NCBI GenBank assembly: GCA_038233355.1
Contig: JBBSMD010000001.1
Location: 1,047 to 65,046 of the forward strand
Length of the DNA stretch: 64,000 nucleotides
Source: Propionibacteriales bacterium
GTDB taxonomy: Bacteria > Actinomycetota > Actinomycetes > Propionibacteriales > Nocardioidaceae
Direction of reading: 5' to 3'
The notes under the pieces were generated by a model. It did not search any database. It worked only from the letters and a program-made list of their open reading frames with translations, and was not told where the DNA came from. A program made the position numbers and the translations under genes. Of this stretch, positions 1 through 12,749 are shown piece by piece (position 1 is the first letter of the stretch; each line of letters starts with the position of its first letter).

Positions 1-700
1 TCCGGGTGCCCAACGCCGGCTGGCCGTGCGGGCGCAGCGAGACGTTGGCGTCGCAGCGCAGCGACCCCTGCTCCATCCGGACGTCGGAGACGCCGAGGGC
101 GAGCAGCAGCTCGCGCAGGTGCGTGACGTACGCCCGCGCCACCTCGGGGGCCTTGTCGGCGGCTCCCACGACCGGCTTCGTCACGATCTCGATCAGCGGG
201 ATGCCGGCCCGGTTGTAGTCGACCAGCGAGTGCTCGGCGCCGTGGATGCGCCCGGTAGCGCCGCCCACGTGCAGCGACTTGCCGGTGTCCTCCTCCATGT
301 GGGCGCGCTCGATCTCCACGCGGTACGTGCGCCCGTCGACCTCCACCTCGGTCCACCCCTCGTACGCGATCGGCTCGTCGTACTGCGAGGTCTGGAAGTT
401 CTTCGGCATGTCGGGGTAGAAGTAGTTCTTGCGCGCGAAGCGGCACCACGACGCGATGTCGCAGTGCAGAGCCAGCCCGATCCGGATCGCGGACTCGACC
501 GCGGCCGCGTTGACGACCGGCAGCGCACCGGGCAAGCCCAGGCAGACCGGGCACACCTGCGCGTTGGGCTCGGCGCCGAACACGGTCGAGCAGCCGCAGA
601 ACATCTTGCTCGCGGTACCGAGCTCGACGTGCACCTCGAGGCCGACCACCGGCTCGTACGCGCCGAGCGCCTGGTCGTAGTCGCTGAGCGTGAGCGTCAT
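1..700 (-). CDS. gatB: Asp/Glu-tRNA amidotransferase subunit B, N-terminal part (3' end runs off the window)
   Basis: Own reverse-strand translation from ATG at 698-700: [62 protein letters not shown], a typical GatB N-terminus. ATGA overlap with the gatA stop. Absent from the ORF track because there is no stop in the window. Confidence 0.9.
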   Translation of the reverse strand, partial: MTLTLSDYDQALGAYEPVVGLEVHVELGTASKMFCGCSTVFGAEPNAQVCPVCLGLPGALPVVNAAAVESAIRIGLALHCDIASWCRFARKNYFYPDMPKNFQTSQYDEPIAYEGWTEVEVDGRTYRVEIERAHMEEDTGKSLHVGGATGRIHGAEHSLVDYNRAGIPLIEIVTKPVVGAADKAPEVARAYVTHLRELLLALGVSDVRMEQGSLRCDANVSLRPHGQPALGTR

Positions 701-2247
701 GCCAGCACCTCCAGCTCGGGCGCCCGGTCGAGCAACGAACCGCCCCACTGCTGCTCGAGCAGCGACTCGATCACCGCGCCGACCCGGTAGAGCCGGTCGT
801 CGGCCAGCGCCGGGGCGAGCACCTGCACGCCGACCGGCAGCCCGTCCTCGTCGGCGAGTCCCGCCGGCACCGAGATGCCGGGCGTGCCGGCCAGGTTGGC
901 CGGGATGGTGGCGATGTCGGACAGGTACATCGCCAGCGGGTCGTCGAGCTTGTCGCCGAACCGGAACGCGGTGGTCGGCGTCGTGGGGCTGAGCAGTACG
1001 TCGGCGTGCTCGAAGGCGGCGGCGAAGTCGCGGGCCACCAGCGTGCGTACCTTCTGCGCGGAGCCGTAGTAGGCGTCGTAGTAGCCGCTGGAGAGGGCGT
1101 ACGTGCCGAGGATGATGCGGCGCTTGACCTCGTCGCCGAAGCCGGCCTCCCGCGTGGCCGCCATCACCTGCTCGGCGGTCGGCGCCTCGACGCCGTCGGG
1201 CTCGACGCGCAGCCCGTAGCGCATCGCGTCGAACTTGGCCAGGTTGCTCGACGCCTCGCTCGGCAGGATCAGGTAGTAGGCGCCCAGCGCGTAGTCGAAG
1301 TGCGGGCACGACACCTCGACCACCTCGGCGCCGGCCTTGGTGAGCAGCGCGACCACTTCGTCGAAGCGGGCGCGCACTCCCGCTTGGTAGCCCTCGCCGC
1401 CGAGCTCTTTGACGATGCCGACGCGCAGGCCGGCGACGTCACCGTCACGGGTGGCCTCGACCAGCGGTGGTACGGCGGCGTCGATGCTGGTGGAGTCGCG
1501 CGGGTCGTGCCCGCCGATCACCTCGTGCAGCAGCGCCGCGTCTAGCACGGTGCGTGTGACCGGGCCGGCCTGGTCGAGGCTGCTGGCCAGGGCCACCAAC
1601 CCGTAACGGGAGACCCCGCCGTACGTCGGCTTGACCCCGACCGTGCCGGTGACCGCACCGGGCTGGCGGATCGAGCCGCCGGTGTCGGTGCCGACCGCCA
1701 GGGGCGCCTCGAACGCCGCCACCGCCGCGGCCGACCCGCCCCCGGACCCGCCCGGGATCCGGCCGAGGTCCCACGGGTTGCGGGTCGGGCCGTACGCGGA
1801 GTGCTCGGTGGAGGAGCCCATCGCGAACTCGTCCATGTTGGTCTTGCCGAGGATCGGCAGCCCGGCGGCCTTCAGCCGCTCGACGACTGTCGCGTCGTAC
1901 GGCGGCACCCAGCCGGCGAGGATGCGCGAGCCGCAGGTGGTCGGCAGGCCCTTGGTCGCGAACACGTCCTTGACCGCGACCGGCACCCCGTCCAGCGGGG
2001 ACGCGGGCCTGCCGTTGAGCCGGCGCTCGTCGGCGGCCCGGGCCTGCTGCAAGGCACCGTCCGCGTCGACGTGCAGGAAGGCGTGCACGCCCTGACCGGC
2101 GTCCTGACCGGCATCGTGACCGGCGCGTTGACCAGCGTCGCCGTCGACGGCAGCGATGCGGTCCAGGCACGCCTGGGTCAGCTCGACCGACGTCATGTCA
2201 CCGCGACGCAACGCCTCGGCCAGCTCGGCCGCGTTCCGGGTGATCAC
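697..2247 (-). CDS. gatA: Glu-tRNA(Gln)/Asp-tRNA(Asn) amidotransferase subunit A
   Basis: 516 aa. Amidase signature [24 protein letters not shown]. Overlaps gatC and gatB by 4 nt each. Confidence 0.95.
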   Translation of the reverse strand: MITRNAAELAEALRRGDMTSVELTQACLDRIAAVDGDAGQRAGHDAGQDAGQGVHAFLHVDADGALQQARAADERRLNGRPASPLDGVPVAVKDVFATKGLPTTCGSRILAGWVPPYDATVVERLKAAGLPILGKTNMDEFAMGSSTEHSAYGPTRNPWDLGRIPGGSGGGSAAAVAAFEAPLAVGTDTGGSIRQPGAVTGTVGVKPTYGGVSRYGLVALASSLDQAGPVTRTVLDAALLHEVIGGHDPRDSTSIDAAVPPLVEATRDGDVAGLRVGIVKELGGEGYQAGVRARFDEVVALLTKAGAEVVEVSCPHFDYALGAYYLILPSEASSNLAKFDAMRYGLRVEPDGVEAPTAEQVMAATREAGFGDEVKRRIILGTYALSSGYYDAYYGSAQKVRTLVARDFAAAFEHADVLLSPTTPTTAFRFGDKLDDPLAMYLSDIATIPANLAGTPGISVPAGLADEDGLPVGVQVLAPALADDRLYRVGAVIESLLEQQWGGSLLDRAPELEVLA

Positions 2248-2552
2248 GCCTCCTCCCCCAGGATGCGCGGCACCTTGAAGCGCTGCCGCTCACTCGCCGG
2301 CGCACCCGCCAGTGCCTCGGCCGGGCTGAGGCCGTGCCGCACCTCGTCGGGGCGGGTGACGTTGGTCAGCGGCACCGCGTGGGAGGTGGGCGGCACCTCG
2401 TCGGCGGCGACTTCGCCGACTCGGGCCACCGACTGCACGATCACCGCCAGCTGTGGGGCGAGGTGGTCGAGCTCGGCGTCGGTGAGGTCGATGCGAGCCA
2501 GGTGGGCCAGGTGCGCGACGTCGTCGCGGGAGATGGTGTGCTCGTCGGGCAT
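2244..2552 (-). CDS. gatC: amidotransferase subunit C
   Basis: [33 protein letters not shown] is GatC-like. Start moved from 2612 to ATG at 2552 ([12 protein letters not shown]) to give about 102 aa, the normal GatC size. Starts at 2567 or 2612 remain possible. Confidence 0.85.
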   Translation of the reverse strand: MPDEHTISRDDVAHLAHLARIDLTDAELDHLAPQLAVIVQSVARVGEVAADEVPPTSHAVPLTNVTRPDEVRHGLSPAEALAGAPASERQRFKVPRILGEEA

Positions 2553-2648
2553 GGGCAGTGCGGGCATCCAGGGTGTCGGGGTGGCGCGGCGCGTCGTAGC
2601 CGCACGCACCATCGTAGGACCAGTGGAGAGCCTGGCGGCTCGTCGAGC

Positions 2649-2765
2649 TCAGCAGGGGACCAGATCGGCACTCGGGTCAAGACGACGCAGGTCATCGGGG
2701 GCGCTGGTCACGGTGACTCCGTCGACGAGGCGGGCCACGAGCACGACCGAAGTACTTGCCAGCTT
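2649..2765 (-). pseudogene. possible C-terminal remnant of a PIN-domain (VapC-like) toxin
   Basis: The frame ending at the TGA at 2649 reads ..TSVVLVARLVDGVTVTSAPDDLRRLDPSADLVPC. This resembles the ..G.TVxTsDpDDLrRL.. C-terminus of one VapC subgroup. No N-terminal half and no start codon. By-eye similarity only. Confidence 0.3.
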
Positions 2766-2789
2766 TGCTATCGAAGGAGGTGGTTCGGC

Positions 2790-3050
2790 ATGGCAGCGGC
2801 CGCCGCGGACGGTGTCTTCGCCACCTTCGCCAGCCGAGTCCTGTCCTTCGACGCTGCTGCAGCCCCGCACTACGCCGACATCGTGCTCGAGCGTGAACGC
2901 GTCGGTGCTCGGGTCAGCAGGATGGACGCCCAGATCGCCGCATGTTGTCGCGTTCACCGCGCCGCCCTGGCGACCCGCAACATCGAGGACTTCGACCGAC
3001 TGGGCCTCGTGCTGACCAACCCGTGGGAGGCCCAGGCTCCCTCGCGCTAG
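2790..3050 (+). pseudogene. C-terminal half of a FitB/VapC-type PIN-domain toxin (N-terminal catalytic half missing)
   Basis: ATG at 2790 is preceded by GAAGGAGG. The 86-aa product FASRVLSFDAAAAPHYADIVLERERVGARVSRMDAQIAACCRVHRAALATRNIEDFDRLGLVLTNPW matches residues about 55-135 of VapC/FitB proteins (..LPFD..AA..YA.I......G.PI...DAQIAAIA....A.LATRN..DF). The first about 55 aa carrying the N-terminal acidic residues are absent. Confidence 0.5.
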
Positions 3051-3052
3051 GG

Positions 3053-5303
<2,251 letters not shown>

Positions 5304-5459
5304 GGAGGCAGCGGCTCGGGACGGCCGACCGTCTCGATGCGACAGGTCGGGCCAATGGCGCGTGTCCTTGGCGCTGGCGGGAACCGCGAATCGCTCGACG
5401 GTTGGTCAGCGCTCGACCGGATCTGGCTGGTGGTGCGGCTGACGCTGGGTACCGTTCGT

Positions 5460-5525
5460 GCGCTAGATGTGCACGTTCGGCCGCATTTCGAGGGCGAGAA
5501 GGGACCGTTCGTGCACATCCAGCGC
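5460..5525. other. 16-bp inverted repeat (1 mismatch) plus 11-bp direct repeat in a 440-bp noncoding gap
   Basis: gcgctagatgtgcacg (5460-5475) pairs with cgtgcacatccagcgc (5510-5525). accgttcgtgc is repeated at 5451 and 5504. Confidence 0.7.
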
Positions 5526-5639
5526 AGCGTGGGAGGTCGGCGTGGGTCCGGCTCGCTCGCAACGGCTCGTATCCCTGGTCGGGGCCCGCCAAGGGGCCAC
5601 CGCGATCCCGCCGTCGGATCGAACGGCGAGGTGCTCTCC

Positions 5640-6623
5640 TCAGCCGAGCTCCGACGACACGTTGCGGGCCACCTCGCGGCACAGTTGCATCGCCTGCCGG
5701 GCCCACCCGTACGACGCGGCCGCCAGCCCACACGACGGCGTCACCACCAGGCGCGACGACGGATCGGCCAGGCCGAGCCGATCGACCAGACGCAGCACCC
5801 GCGCCGTCAGCTCCGACGCGGCAGGCACCACGGCGGTATCGACCGACGGCACCACACCAGGCCACAGGTCGACTCCCCCCTCGTACGCCCGGCTCCACGC
5901 CTCACTCATCGGCGTCTGACCCAGGTCGAAAGACACCGCAGTCGCCCCGGCGTCGTGCAGCAGCCGCACGGGGACGTCGGCCGCACAGCAGTGCACCGCC
6001 GGTACCGCGCCCGCCTCCCGTACGGCCGCGGTGACCCAACCGAGCGCCTCCACCGCACCCGGCCGCTCGACGCTGCGGTGCCGGGAGAACCCGCTGGCGG
6101 TAGGCACCGCCCCGGCAAGTACGGCCGGCAGCGCCGGCTCGTCGAGCTGCACCAGGACGTCCGCCCCCGGCACCCGGCGACGCACGTCTGCGACGTGAAC
6201 GGCCACCCCCTCGGCCAGCGACTGGGCCAGCTCGCGACGAGCGCCGTGGTCGGCGAGCACGCGATCGCCGCGCGGGCGCTCGATCGTCGCGGCCAGCGTC
6301 CACGGCCCGGCGACCTGCACCTTGAGCCGCCCGCTATAGCCCTGGGTGTGCTCCTCGAGCAGGTCGAGGTCGTGGGCCAGCAGCGAGACGGCCCGGCGCT
6401 GGTCGATCCCGGCCGCGTCGGTGAGCCGCCATCCGGCCGGTTGCAGGTCGGCGGCGAGCCCGGACAGCACCGCGGTGGCGCGACCCACCATGGCGGCCGG
6501 TACCCCGCGGGCCGGCAGCTCCGGCAGGTGCACGAGGTCGGGCAGCTCGCCGGCGACGAGACGTACGGCCTCGGCGACGTCCGTACCCGGGAGCGAGCCG
6601 ACGCCGGTGGCGGCGACGCTCAC
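5640..6623 (-). CDS. MetE-C-terminal-like / URO-D-like family protein (annotated in actinobacteria as methionine synthase family; Rv3015c position)
   Basis: 327 aa, GTG start, MSVAATGVGSLPGTDVAEAV..HLPELPARG. By-eye family and synteny (between ligA and mnmA). Function not verified. Confidence 0.6.
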   Translation of the reverse strand: MSVAATGVGSLPGTDVAEAVRLVAGELPDLVHLPELPARGVPAAMVGRATAVLSGLAADLQPAGWRLTDAAGIDQRRAVSLLAHDLDLLEEHTQGYSGRLKVQVAGPWTLAATIERPRGDRVLADHGARRELAQSLAEGVAVHVADVRRRVPGADVLVQLDEPALPAVLAGAVPTASGFSRHRSVERPGAVEALGWVTAAVREAGAVPAVHCCAADVPVRLLHDAGATAVSFDLGQTPMSEAWSRAYEGGVDLWPGVVPSVDTAVVPAASELTARVLRLVDRLGLADPSSRLVVTPSCGLAAASYGWARQAMQLCREVARNVSSELG

Positions 6624-6739
6624 CTGACCGCCGCGAGCCAGTGTCGCCGAGATCCGTGACCCCTAGCCGTGGCGGGCGCTGCCGGCCCCATGACCGGGCC
6701 GACCCTCGCGACTGGGTGGCTGTGGTGCCTCCGCTTGTT

Positions 6740-6790
6740 GGTTCGGGTGCGCCCCGGTCCGATAGGACGGCACCGGGGCCACCCCGAACC
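6740..6790 (-). terminator. imperfect long hairpin downstream of mnmA
   Basis: ggttcgggtgcgccccggtcc .. ggcaccggggccaccccgaacc pair with two single-nt bulges. Located 18 nt after the mnmA stop. No U tract. Confidence 0.35.
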
Positions 6791-6807
6791 AATCGGAGAG
6801 CGGCGGC

Positions 6808-7899
6808 TCACGGGGCGGGTTGCGGCGCCCGAGCACCGGCGGCGGTGATGGTCGCGCTCCCGACGACGCGGGTGCCGTCGTACATCACGAGCGACTGCCC
6901 CGGTGCCACCCCGACCGCCGGCTGCTCCAGCGTCGCCACCAAACGGTCACCGGCCACGTCCACCAGTGCCGGCAGCGGCTCGCCGTGCGCCCGCAGCTGC
7001 ACGTGCCCGCGCAACGACGACGCCGGCCGGCCGCACCAGCGTGGCGAGGCGCCCTCCACCCGGTCGACCGCGAGCCGCTCGCGCGACCCCACCGTGACCG
7101 TGCCGTCGACGGGCTCGATCGAGAGCACGTAGCGTGCGCGCCCGTCCGCGGTCGGCGTGCCGATGCCGAGGCCCCGCCGCTGCCCGACGGTGTAGCCGTA
7201 CGCCCCGTCGTGACGGCCCAGCTGCTGTCCGGCCTCGTCGACCACGCGCCCCGGCCGCTGTCCCAGCCGGTCGCGCAGGAACCCCGCGGTGTCGCCGTCG
7301 GGGATGAAGCAGATGTCGTGGCTGTCGGGCTTCCCGGCCACCGCGAGGCCGCGCCGCGAGGCCTCGACGCGTACGTCGGTCTTCAGCGACTCACCGAGCG
7401 GGAACACCGCGTGCGCCAGCTGCCCGGACGTCAGCACCCCCAACACGTACGACTGGTCCTTGGTCGGGTCGGCGGCCCGGTGCAGCTCGACGCCGTCGAC
7501 ACCGGGCAGCAGACGCGCGTAGTGGCCGGTCGCCACGGCGTCGAACCCTAGTGCGAGCGCCCGGTCGAGCACGGCGGCGAACTTGATCCGCTCGTTGCAG
7601 CGCACGCACGGGTTGGGAGTGCGGCCGGCCGCGTACTCGGCCACAAAGTCCTCGACGACGTCCGCGGCGAAACGCTCGGACACGTCCCAGACGTAGAACG
7701 GGATACCGAGCACGTCGGCCGCGCGCCGGGCGTCGCCGGAGTCCTCCAGTGAGCAGCAGCCGCGGGCACCGGAGCGGTACGACCGCGGGTTGCGCGACAA
7801 GGCCAGGTGCACGCCGGTGACGTCGTGGCCGGCGTCGACCGCGCGAGCGGCCGCGACGGCGGAGTCGACGCCACCGGACATGGCCGCGAGGACCCTCAC
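6808..7899 (-). CDS. mnmA: tRNA-specific 2-thiouridylase
   Basis: 363 aa. PP-loop AMSGGVDS. Overlaps the upstream desulfurase stop (GTGA). Confidence 0.9.
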   Translation of the reverse strand: MRVLAAMSGGVDSAVAAARAVDAGHDVTGVHLALSRNPRSYRSGARGCCSLEDSGDARRAADVLGIPFYVWDVSERFAADVVEDFVAEYAAGRTPNPCVRCNERIKFAAVLDRALALGFDAVATGHYARLLPGVDGVELHRAADPTKDQSYVLGVLTSGQLAHAVFPLGESLKTDVRVEASRRGLAVAGKPDSHDICFIPDGDTAGFLRDRLGQRPGRVVDEAGQQLGRHDGAYGYTVGQRRGLGIGTPTADGRARYVLSIEPVDGTVTVGSRERLAVDRVEGASPRWCGRPASSLRGHVQLRAHGEPLPALVDVAGDRLVATLEQPAVGVAPGQSLVMYDGTRVVGSATITAAGARAPQPAP

Positions 7900-9116
7900 C
7901 GTCGCATCCCGGTCAGCCCCGCGGCTCGGGCGCGCTCGGCCGCGCCGGGCAGCACGTCGAGCAGCAGGTCGACGTCGTCGTCGGTGGAGCTGTGCCCGAG
8001 GCTGAGCCGCAACGCCGAGCGGGCCTGGGTGTCGTCGCGGCCCATCGCCAGCAGCACGTGACTGGCCTGCGGGACGCCGGCCGTGCAGGCCGACCCGGTC
8101 GAGCAGGCGATGCCCTGGGCGTCGAGCAGCATCAGCAGCGAGTCACCCTCGCAGCCGGGAAAGGACACGTTGACCAGGCCGGGCAGCCGGTGCTCCGGCC
8201 CCGGCCGCAGGTCACCGTTGAGCACCACGTCGGGCACCGCGGCGCAGACGCCCGCGACGAGGCGGCCGCGCAGCTGCTCGAGCCGCTGCGCCTGCTCGGG
8301 CCGACGGGCCACGGCCGGCTCGACCGCGGCGGCAAAGCCGGCCGCCAGCGGCGCATTCAGCGTGCCGGAGCGGATCTGCCGCTCCTGGCCACCGCCGTGC
8401 AGCAGCGGTACGAGCTCGAGCTCACGGCGCACCAGCAGCGCTCCGGCACCGATCGGGCCGCCGAGCTTGTGCGCGGTGAGCGTCATCGCGTCCAGGCCGC
8501 TGGCGGCGAAGTCGACCGGCAGCTGGCCGACCGCTTGGACCGCGTCGCTGTGCACGGGAACGCCGCGCTCGTGGGCCAGCTCGACCACCCGCGCCAGCGG
8601 CTGCACCGTCCCGACCTCGTTGTTGGCCCACATGCAGCTCACCAGCGCGATCGAGGCGGGGTCGACGCTGAGGGCACGTTCGAGCACGTCGAGGCGCAGC
8701 CGGCCCTCCTCGTCAACCGGGAGCAGCTCGAGCTCGGCTCCTTCGGCCTGCGCCAGCCACACCAGCGGGTCGAGTACGGCGTGGTGCTCGGTGGCTGGCG
8801 TCAGCACCCGGCACCGGCGGGGGTCGGCGTTACGGCGCGCCCAGAACAGCCCCTTGACCGCGACGTTGTCCGCCTCCGTACCACCGGAGGTGAAGACAAC
8901 CTCGCTCGGGCGAGCACCTACCGCCGCGGCGATGGCCTCACGCGACTCCTCCACCACTCGGCGGGCCGCCCGACCGGAGGAGTGCAGCGAGGACGGGTTG
9001 CCGGGGGCGGCCAGGTGGTCGGCGACGGCGGCGACGGCGGCGGGGACCATGGGGGTCGTGGCCGCGTGGTCGAGGTAGACACCGGGTGCGCGCCGCCGGT
9101 CGGGGACTGCGTTCAT
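7896..9116 (-). CDS. cysteine desulfurase (NifS/IscS family, PLP-dependent)
   Basis: [26 protein letters not shown] (PLP lysine), STGSACTAG catalytic Cys loop. Start moved from 9206 to ATG at 9116 (MNAVPDRR). Confidence 0.88.
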   Translation of the reverse strand: MNAVPDRRRAPGVYLDHAATTPMVPAAVAAVADHLAAPGNPSSLHSSGRAARRVVEESREAIAAAVGARPSEVVFTSGGTEADNVAVKGLFWARRNADPRRCRVLTPATEHHAVLDPLVWLAQAEGAELELLPVDEEGRLRLDVLERALSVDPASIALVSCMWANNEVGTVQPLARVVELAHERGVPVHSDAVQAVGQLPVDFAASGLDAMTLTAHKLGGPIGAGALLVRRELELVPLLHGGGQERQIRSGTLNAPLAAGFAAAVEPAVARRPEQAQRLEQLRGRLVAGVCAAVPDVVLNGDLRPGPEHRLPGLVNVSFPGCEGDSLLMLLDAQGIACSTGSACTAGVPQASHVLLAMGRDDTQARSALRLSLGHSSTDDDVDLLLDVLPGAAERARAAGLTGMRR

Positions 9117-9222
9117 GGCCGCACCAGCGTACGGCGTGGCCGCCGGTGGAGCGCGCCACGGCCCGTCTCGCTGCCTTGATGCCCCCCGCTTGCCACCGCG
9201 AGCCACGTTGTGGTGAGCAGCG

Positions 9223-10413
9223 TCAGCGCCCGCGCAGACCCGCCGCCCACCGGCTCACCGCGTACGGGGAGAGCCGACCTCGACCGAGCCCGAGCTCGAC
9301 CAGCTCGTCGAAGAAGCGCTGGTCAGCCGCGGCGGCGCGGACTCCGGCGCTCACGACCGGGGCCAGCGACTCCAGCCGGGACACCGCCGCGGTCTGCCGC
9401 ACGTGCCCGGCGAGGAGCTTGCGTACGCCGGTGCGGTGACGTGCGCCGGCGCTGCTCGGAGAGCCGTCGGCCAGCGCCTGGGCCGCCGCCCGTCCGGCGA
9501 TCGCGCCGGTGGCCACGGCGTAGTAGATGCCCTCGCCGGTGACCGGGTTGACCAGCCCGGCCGCATCCCCGGTCAGCAGCACCGGGCCGTCCGGCTGCTG
9601 GATGCGCCAGGACGACAGCGGCAGGTGCGCGGCCCGCCAGGCGGTCGCACCGGCGGTCGCTCCCGGCAACAGCTCCTCGACGTTGCGCAAGAACAGCGTC
9701 CGCGTGGGCGCCACCCCGGTCGACCGCAGCTCGCCGTACCCGACGTTTGCCAGCCCGTCGCCGCGGTCGAACGACCACGCGTACGCCGGTTGCCGGCGCA
9801 TCGCGAACGCGAGCACCTGGCGTCCCTGCCGACCGGCCGAGGTCGGCGCGTAACCCCGGATCGCGACGGCTCGCCGGCCACCCGGCAGGCCCAGGTCGCG
9901 GCGCACCTGCGAGTACGCCCCGTCCGCACCGACCACCACCGACGCGCACAGGTCGTCCACCCGTACGCCGTCGGGCTCCACCCGCACCGCACGCACCCGG
10001 TGTCGGCGCAACGTGGCACCCGCCGCGACCGCGACCTCGACCAGCCGGGCGTCGAGCAGGCTGCGCGGCACCACCCACCCGGGGCGGACCATCGCGCGAG
10101 ACACCTCGGTGCGACCGCGGCGGAGCTGGAGCCGGTCCACCGGCACCCGGTCGTCCAGCAGGCCGGTGACCCCCAGCGAGGCCAGCACGTCGAGGACGTG
10201 CGGAGCCACCCCGTCCCCGCACGACTTGTCCCGCGGGAAGTCCGCCCGGTCGATCAGCAGCACCCGCAGTCTCGGTTCGGTACGCAACGCCGCGAGCGCG
10301 GTGGCGGAACCGGCCGGGCCGGCGCCCACCACCACGAGGTCCCAGCGCGCCGGTGTCACGGGGTTTGTCGCGGCGCTTGTCGCGGCGTTTGTCACGGGGT
10401 CACTGTGCGCCAT
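9223..10413 (-). CDS. geranylgeranyl reductase family FAD-dependent oxidoreductase
   Basis: WDLVVVGAGPAGSATA..DRADFPRDKSCGDG. Start moved from 10806 to ATG at 10413 (MAHSDPV); the upstream 131 codons are Arg/Ala-rich read-through. Confidence 0.8.
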   Translation of the reverse strand: MAHSDPVTNAATSAATNPVTPARWDLVVVGAGPAGSATALAALRTEPRLRVLLIDRADFPRDKSCGDGVAPHVLDVLASLGVTGLLDDRVPVDRLQLRRGRTEVSRAMVRPGWVVPRSLLDARLVEVAVAAGATLRRHRVRAVRVEPDGVRVDDLCASVVVGADGAYSQVRRDLGLPGGRRAVAIRGYAPTSAGRQGRQVLAFAMRRQPAYAWSFDRGDGLANVGYGELRSTGVAPTRTLFLRNVEELLPGATAGATAWRAAHLPLSSWRIQQPDGPVLLTGDAAGLVNPVTGEGIYYAVATGAIAGRAAAQALADGSPSSAGARHRTGVRKLLAGHVRQTAAVSRLESLAPVVSAGVRAAAADQRFFDELVELGLGRGRLSPYAVSRWAAGLRGR

Positions 10414-10555
10414 GTCGGCCCGCCGTGCCTCCCGGTCACCCAGGTGCCGGGCCTCGCCGGCAGTCGTGCTCCCCGCTGCGGGTGCGTCATCCCTCCGCTC
10501 GCCGTAGCGTCTGGGCTGCAGGACGCCCCCCCACCGCCTCGACAGGAGAACACTC

Positions 10556-11635
10556 GTGCGCATCGTGGTCACCGGAGCAAGCGGCAACCTCGGCACGGCC
10601 CTGCTGCGCCGGCTCGCGCCCGAGCCGCACGAGGTGGTCGGGATCGCACGGCGGCCACCGACAGATGCGGGTGCCCCGTACGACCAGGCGAGCTGGGTGG
10701 CCCTCGACCTGGCCGAGCCGGACGCCGAGGCGGCCCTGCGACCGGTGCTCGAGGGTGCCGACGCCGTCGTCCACCTGGCCTGGGGCTTCCAGCCTTCGCG
10801 CGACACCGACTACCTGCGCCGCACCGGGGTGGGGGGCACCGAGGCGGTGCTCGCCGCGGCCGACGCGGCGGACGTCGCCCACCTGGTGCACATCTCCTCG
10901 CTCGGCGCCTACTCCCCCGGACCCGACGACCCGGCCGGTGCGCGGGTCGACGAGTCGTGGCCGACGCGGGGCATCGACTCACTCGAGTACAGCCGCGAGA
11001 AGGTCGCCGCCGAGCGCTTGCTCGACGAGTACGAGCGCACCCATCCCGACGGCGTGGCGGTGGCCCGGTTGCGACCGGCGCTCGTGGTGCAGCGGGACGC
11101 GGGCAGCGGGCTGCTGCGTTACACGATGCCGGCGTACGTACCGGCGACTCTCGTGCGGCACCTGCCCGTGCTGCCGGTCGACCGCGCCCTGGTGGTGCAG
11201 GTCGTGCACACCGACGACGTCGCCGACGCGATCGTGCGGGTGCTCGAGCGGCGTGCGCGCGGTGCGTTCAACCTGGCCGCGGAGCCTCCGCTGACCCGCG
11301 ACGACATCGCCGGGGTGCTCGGCGCCCGCCCGGTGCACGTACCGCGCGGGCTGCTGCGTACCGCTGTCGACCTCACCTGGCGGTCCAAGCTGCAGTCGCT
11401 GGACCCGGGCTGGCTCGACCTCGCGTTCGCGGTGCCGCTGATGGATGCCGCCCGGGCTCGTACCGAGCTCGGCTGGGAGCCGACCGTCGACGCGCGAGAC
11501 GCTCTGGCCGAGACCGTGGCGGGCATGGCCGACGCGGTCGGCACCGGCAGCCCGGCGCTACGGCCGCGCTCGGTGGCGGACCAGCTGGCGCGTCTCGTCC
11601 GTCGCGGACCGATCGGTGACCGCCGACTGCCCTGA
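10556..11635 (+). CDS. NAD-dependent epimerase/dehydratase family protein
   Basis: 359 aa. GTG start after AGGAG. Rossmann motif VVTGASGNLG. Confidence 0.8.
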   Translation: MRIVVTGASGNLGTALLRRLAPEPHEVVGIARRPPTDAGAPYDQASWVALDLAEPDAEAALRPVLEGADAVVHLAWGFQPSRDTDYLRRTGVGGTEAVLAAADAADVAHLVHISSLGAYSPGPDDPAGARVDESWPTRGIDSLEYSREKVAAERLLDEYERTHPDGVAVARLRPALVVQRDAGSGLLRYTMPAYVPATLVRHLPVLPVDRALVVQVVHTDDVADAIVRVLERRARGAFNLAAEPPLTRDDIAGVLGARPVHVPRGLLRTAVDLTWRSKLQSLDPGWLDLAFAVPLMDAARARTELGWEPTVDARDALAETVAGMADAVGTGSPALRPRSVADQLARLVRRGPIGDRRLP

Positions 11636-11682
11636 GCGGCAAGACCCGGCGGGGCGGCCCCAGCGGCCCCAAGGCCGGCGCC

Positions 11683-12639
11683 TCACCCCTTGCGCTTGGT
11701 GATCTCCTCGGTGGCTTGGGGCAGCACCTTCTTCAGGTCGCCGACGACGCCGAAGTCGACGAGCTCGAAGATCGGTGCCTCCTCGTCCTTGTTGACCGCG
11801 ACGATGGTCTTCGAGGTCTGCATGCCGGCCCGGTGCTGGATCGCCCCGGAGATGCCGCTGGCCACGTACAGCTGCGGTGAGACGGTCTTGCCGGTCTGGC
11901 CCACCTGGTAGGAGTGGGGATACCAGCCGGAGTCCACCGCGGCCCGCGACGCCCCCACCGCGGCGCCCAGGCTGTCAGCGAACGCCTCCACCTCGGAGAA
12001 GTCGCCACCGGTGCCGCGCCCACCCGAGACCACGATCGAGGCCTCGGTCAGCTCCGGGCGCCCGGTCTGCTGACGTGGCTTGCGCTCGGTGACCCGCGCC
12101 GCCTTGGCCTCGGACGAGATCTGCACCTCGACCCGCTCGAGCGTGCCAGCGGCCTGCGCCGGTTGCGGTGTCGCCGAGTTCGGCTTGACCGTGATGATCG
12201 GCGTCCCCTGCGTGACCCGGGAGTACGTGGTGTAGGCGCCGGCGAAGACGTTCTGCGTCGTCACCAGACCCTGCTCACCAGGCTGCACGTCGACCGCGTC
12301 GGTGACCAGCCCCGACTCCAGCTTGATCGACAACCGGGCGGCGACCTCCTTGCCCTCACCACCGGACACGATCAACACCGCAGCCGGGCCCACCGACTCC
12401 ACCAGCTGCGCCAGCGCCTCGGCCTTGGGCGCCACCAAGTGGTCCACCAGCGCCGGGTCGGGCACCGAGTAGATCTTCTGTGCACCGAAGCGGCCCAAGA
12501 TGTCGACCGCACCCTCCGCACCCGGACCGAAGAACACTGCGGACGGCTCCCCCAGCCGGCCAGCGATCGCCAACAGCTCCGCGGTCGGCTTGCCCACCGC
12601 ACCCTCGACGTGGTCGACCACGACCAGGACCTCACTCAT
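11683..12639 (-). CDS. etfA: electron transfer flavoprotein alpha subunit
   Basis: VVVDHVEG..; C-terminal FAD motif [18 protein letters not shown] at 12639 preceded by GAGGAG (the ORF-track start at 12645 is 2 codons upstream). Confidence 0.92.
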   Translation of the reverse strand: MSEVLVVVDHVEGAVGKPTAELLAIAGRLGEPSAVFFGPGAEGAVDILGRFGAQKIYSVPDPALVDHLVAPKAEALAQLVESVGPAAVLIVSGGEGKEVAARLSIKLESGLVTDAVDVQPGEQGLVTTQNVFAGAYTTYSRVTQGTPIITVKPNSATPQPAQAAGTLERVEVQISSEAKAARVTERKPRQQTGRPELTEASIVVSGGRGTGGDFSEVEAFADSLGAAVGASRAAVDSGWYPHSYQVGQTGKTVSPQLYVASGISGAIQHRAGMQTSKTIVAVNKDEEAPIFELVDFGVVGDLKKVLPQATEEITKRKG

Positions 12640-12657
12640 CTGCACTCCTCAGCTCCG

Positions 12658-12749
12658 CCGACCGCTCACTGCACGTGCTCTTCGCCAACCACTCCCGGCC
12701 GTTGGGCCTCCCGACCGCTCACAGCGCCCATCGGCCACCGGCCGCTCAC
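12658..12749. repeat. three copies of TGAGCGGYCGG (minus-strand sense) in the etfB-etfA spacer, the first containing the etfB stop
   Basis: Plus-strand ccgaccgctcac at 12658 and 12711, ccggccgctcac at 12738 (includes stop 12746-12748). Confidence 0.85.

Noticed and set aside
6624-6807. Possible tRNA or small RNA in the mnmA-downstream gap (a ggttcggg segment looks T-arm-like).
   Set aside because: There is no acceptor stem, anticodon arm or GTTCGAATC-type T-loop. The segment is better explained as an imperfect terminator hairpin. I saw no tRNA or rRNA signatures anywhere in the window.
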